Positions 62,501 to 64,000 of a DNA stretch of 64,000 nucleotides are shown here, piece by piece (position 1 is the first letter of the stretch; each line of letters starts with the position of its first letter). The notes below the pieces were generated by a model that was not told the DNA's origin, ran no database searches, and saw only the letters and a list, made by a program, of their open reading frames with translations. Source of the stretch: Octopus vulgaris (Eukaryota). The stretch spans positions 15,872,001-15,936,000 of the forward strand of contig OX597817.1 in NCBI GenBank assembly GCA_951406725.2, read 5' to 3'. Made by a program: the position numbers and the translations under genes.

Positions 62501-62890
62501 GAGCGACGCTTGCGATGGTATGGTCATGTGCTGCGGATGGATGAAGAGAGATGTGTGAAGAAGTGCCACTCCCAAACAGTTGAAGGTATCAGGGGGAGAG
62601 GTAGACCCAGGAAGACATGGGATGAGGTGGTCAAGCATGACCTCAGAGCATTGGGCCTCACTGAGGCAATGGCGAAGGACCGAGATCTCTGGAGATATGC
62701 TGTGACTACAAAGACCCGGGCTGCTTTCTGCAGCAATTCCACATACCCCCTACCCATTCTAAGTACCCCGGATCCCCAAAGTACCCTGGATCCCCAAAGT
62801 ACCCCGATCCCCAAAGTACCCCGATCCCCAAAGTACCCCGATCCCCAAAGTACCCCGGACCTCGTTGCCCCCGTGCCGCTGACACGTTAA
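59546..62890 (+). CDS. RTE ORF: APE endonuclease, reverse transcriptase and PHD-like zinc finger (1114 aa)
   Basis: GTINVGTL, IQEVRW, SAYAPQ, SQIDF, NYRGIKLL, FVDLEKAFD, HQGSALSP, YADDL, CxxC..CxxC..HxxC..CxxC, YLG, RRLRWYGHV. Confidence 0.93.
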   Translation: MSTANTSSCPRRGQVGREIKRKIPRKLSPPQQPSSSQAPNPPRPPHISFPVFRVGTINVGTLTGKSSEIVEMLERRQVDVCCIQEVRWRDALARVLTGKALRYKLYWQGNAEGVGGVGILLAEEWVDKVIEVVRVCDRVLKLRLVLQSGTAMIISAYAPQAGLPNDQKDNFYDTLLQATSKTSNKDLIFVGGDFKGHVGRESGIFTGVHGGYGIGTRNDEGTRLLEFCDACNLSICNTNFKKPVCHLITYQSGDSASQIDFILTRQRDAGLLLNTKTLPGEECIPQHRLIISDFKLEARRTPRNKPIQKRRIWRLKNPSHGQKFRDILIKKFDEREEELQTSDIEGSWEFLRDSLLGATDQVCGWCKVPSRPRITWWWNSAVDKAICEKRRAWKAWKDGGSRELYQIAKREAGRQVYIAKDVAEKKKFANVQRREDQRAEVFRIARQCVRENSDVIGEKCVRMDDGALAFTTSEKKEAWRSHYERLLNEENEWEEESLPNVDPVEGPATRIESSLVDKAIKDMKPGKAPGLSGITAEMLKTAGYVGYAIVTRIVNQVVHNGVIPNDWCSSTIVNCYKGKGDALDRNNYRGIKLLDQVMKVSEKVITNLIRERICLDEMQFGFVPGRSTTDAIFLVRQLQEKYLAKDKPLYIAFVDLEKAFDRVPRSLIWWSMRKLEIEEWLIRAVQALYREAVSKVRIGNEYSEEFRVEVGVHQGSALSPLLFIIVLQAITEEFKTGCPWELLYADDLALIAESLPELEEKFRVWKQGLESKGLRINVAKTKVLVSSKRYSAHIPSGRWPCSTCRKGTGRNSIRCTQCKLWTHKRCSNIKGKLTDKIAFMCGRCTGTIDTTDTQKTDSITLQGEKLEVVDSFCYLGDQVSSGGGCTESITTRIRIAWAKFRKLLPLLATKGLSLRAKGRLYDACVRTAMLHGNETWAVTAEDMRRLERNEASMIRWMCSVSVHAKQSVSILREMLDIRSIRCGVQERRLRWYGHVLRMDEERCVKKCHSQTVEGIRGRGRPRKTWDEVVKHDLRALGLTEAMAKDRDLWRYAVTTKTRAAFCSNSTYPLPILSTPDPQSTLDPQSTPIPKVPRSPKYPDPQSTPDLVAPVPLTR
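62762..62858. repeat. 17-18-bp tandem repeat (agtaccccgatccccaa), about 5.5 copies, at the RTE ORF end
   Basis: Direct inspection. Confidence 0.9.
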
Positions 62891-63132
62891 AATGCTCGAA
62901 CCGATCGTGACGATGCCGGACCCTCCGGCCCCTGTGCAGGTGGCACGTAAAAAGCACCCAATCCACTCACGGAGTGGTTGGCGTTAGGAAGGGCATCCAG
63001 CCGTAGAAACTCTGCCAGATTCAGACTGGAGCCTGGAGCGGCCCCTGGCTTCCCAGACCCGGTCGAACCGTCCAACCCGTGCTAGCACGGAAAGCGGACG
63101 TTAAACGATGATGATGATGATGATGATGATGA

Positions 63133-63640
63133 AGGTGGCGAGTGAGCTGGCAGAATCGTTAGCACTCTGGGTGAAATGCTCATCAGTATTTCGTCTGTTG
63201 CTACGTTCTGAGTTCAAATCCTGCCAAGGTTAACTTAGCCTTTCATCCTTTTGGAGTCAATAAATTAAGTACCAGCTGTGTACTGGGGTTGATGTAATCA
63301 ACTTGTCCCCTCCCCACAAATTTCAGGAATTGTGCCTTCAGTAGAAAGGATTATTATTTAGTAGTAGCAGCAGGTAGAGGGGGTGTTGTTCTTTTAGCTA
63401 CTAAATATCTCGGGAACATTTGAATACTCTCTCTTTTACTCTTTTACCTGTTTCAGTCATTTGACTGCAGCCATGCTGGAGCACCACCTTTAGTCGAGCA
63501 AATCGACCCCAGGACTTATTCTTTGTAAGCCCAGTACTTATTCTATCGGTCTCTTTTTGCCGAACCGCTAAGTGATGGGGACGTAAACACACCAGCATCG
63601 GTTGTCAAGTAATGATAGGGGGACAAACACAGACACACAA

Positions 63641-63673
<33 letters not shown>

Positions 63674-63846
63674 CATATATACGACAGGCTTCTTTCAGTT
63701 TCCGTCTACCAAATCCACTCACAAGGCTTTGGTCGGCTCGAGGCTATAGTAGAAGACACTTGCCCAAGATGCCATGCCGTGGGACTGAACCCGGAACCAT
63801 GTGGTTGGTTAGCAAGCTACTTACCACACAGCCACTCCTGCGCCTA
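63133..63846. mobile_element. SINE B-related copy (+, 63133-63352) and SINE A (-, 63430-63846)
   Basis: Family match. Confidence 0.85.
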
Positions 63847-64000
63847 TATGTCTATTTCATTACCTGGAGTAAAGAAAAGGTTTGTCTTAGGACATTTTAA
63901 ATTGCTTTATACATTTTTTTACAAATTTTCATTTGCAACATTTACTAATTCACTGCCTCAAAGATGGTAGGTTATGATGCTTACCATACTGGCTGTTGCC

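Larger units (their letters stand above)
59408..63131 (+). mobile_element. Apparently full-length RTE-clade LINE with (GAT)n tail
   Basis: Single EN-RT ORF; 3'UTR shared with many dispersed fragments. Confidence 0.93.

Noticed and set aside
63980-64000. Minus-strand donor ATG|GTAAG as an upstream exon of HtrL-like copy 2
   Set aside because: Only 16 nt are visible and they show no similarity to the copy 1 exon; cannot be supported.

Overview
AT-rich, microsatellite- and retroposon-dense eukaryotic DNA. The SINE/RTE repertoire looks like an Octopus genome (inferred from repeat families, not proven). Host genes: two convergent paralogues of an HtrL/YibB-like putative glycosyltransferase. Copy 1 is on + with a 62-bp exon at 2570-2631 spliced in phase 0 to a terminal exon at 16719-17612; copy 2 has its terminal exon on - at 55940-55005. 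The rest is mostly mobile DNA: one RTE LINE with an open 1114-aa ORF plus decayed RTE copies, R4/Dong and CR1 fragments, several tRNA-headed SINE families, Helitron/MITE/mariner/Chapaev-like relics, and Penelope-type fragments carrying minimal hammerhead ribozymes. The most striking structure lies at 37.6-46.1 kb: a decayed Gypsy element whose two LTRs are each interrupted at the same ~14-bp site, just downstream of the TATA region and in sense orientation, by ~1.7-2 kb ORF1-only (Tx1/L1-like zinc-knuckle, no RT) elements. Their 3' tail is also shared with an abundant tRNA SINE. Repeat boundaries were read by eye and are approximate.
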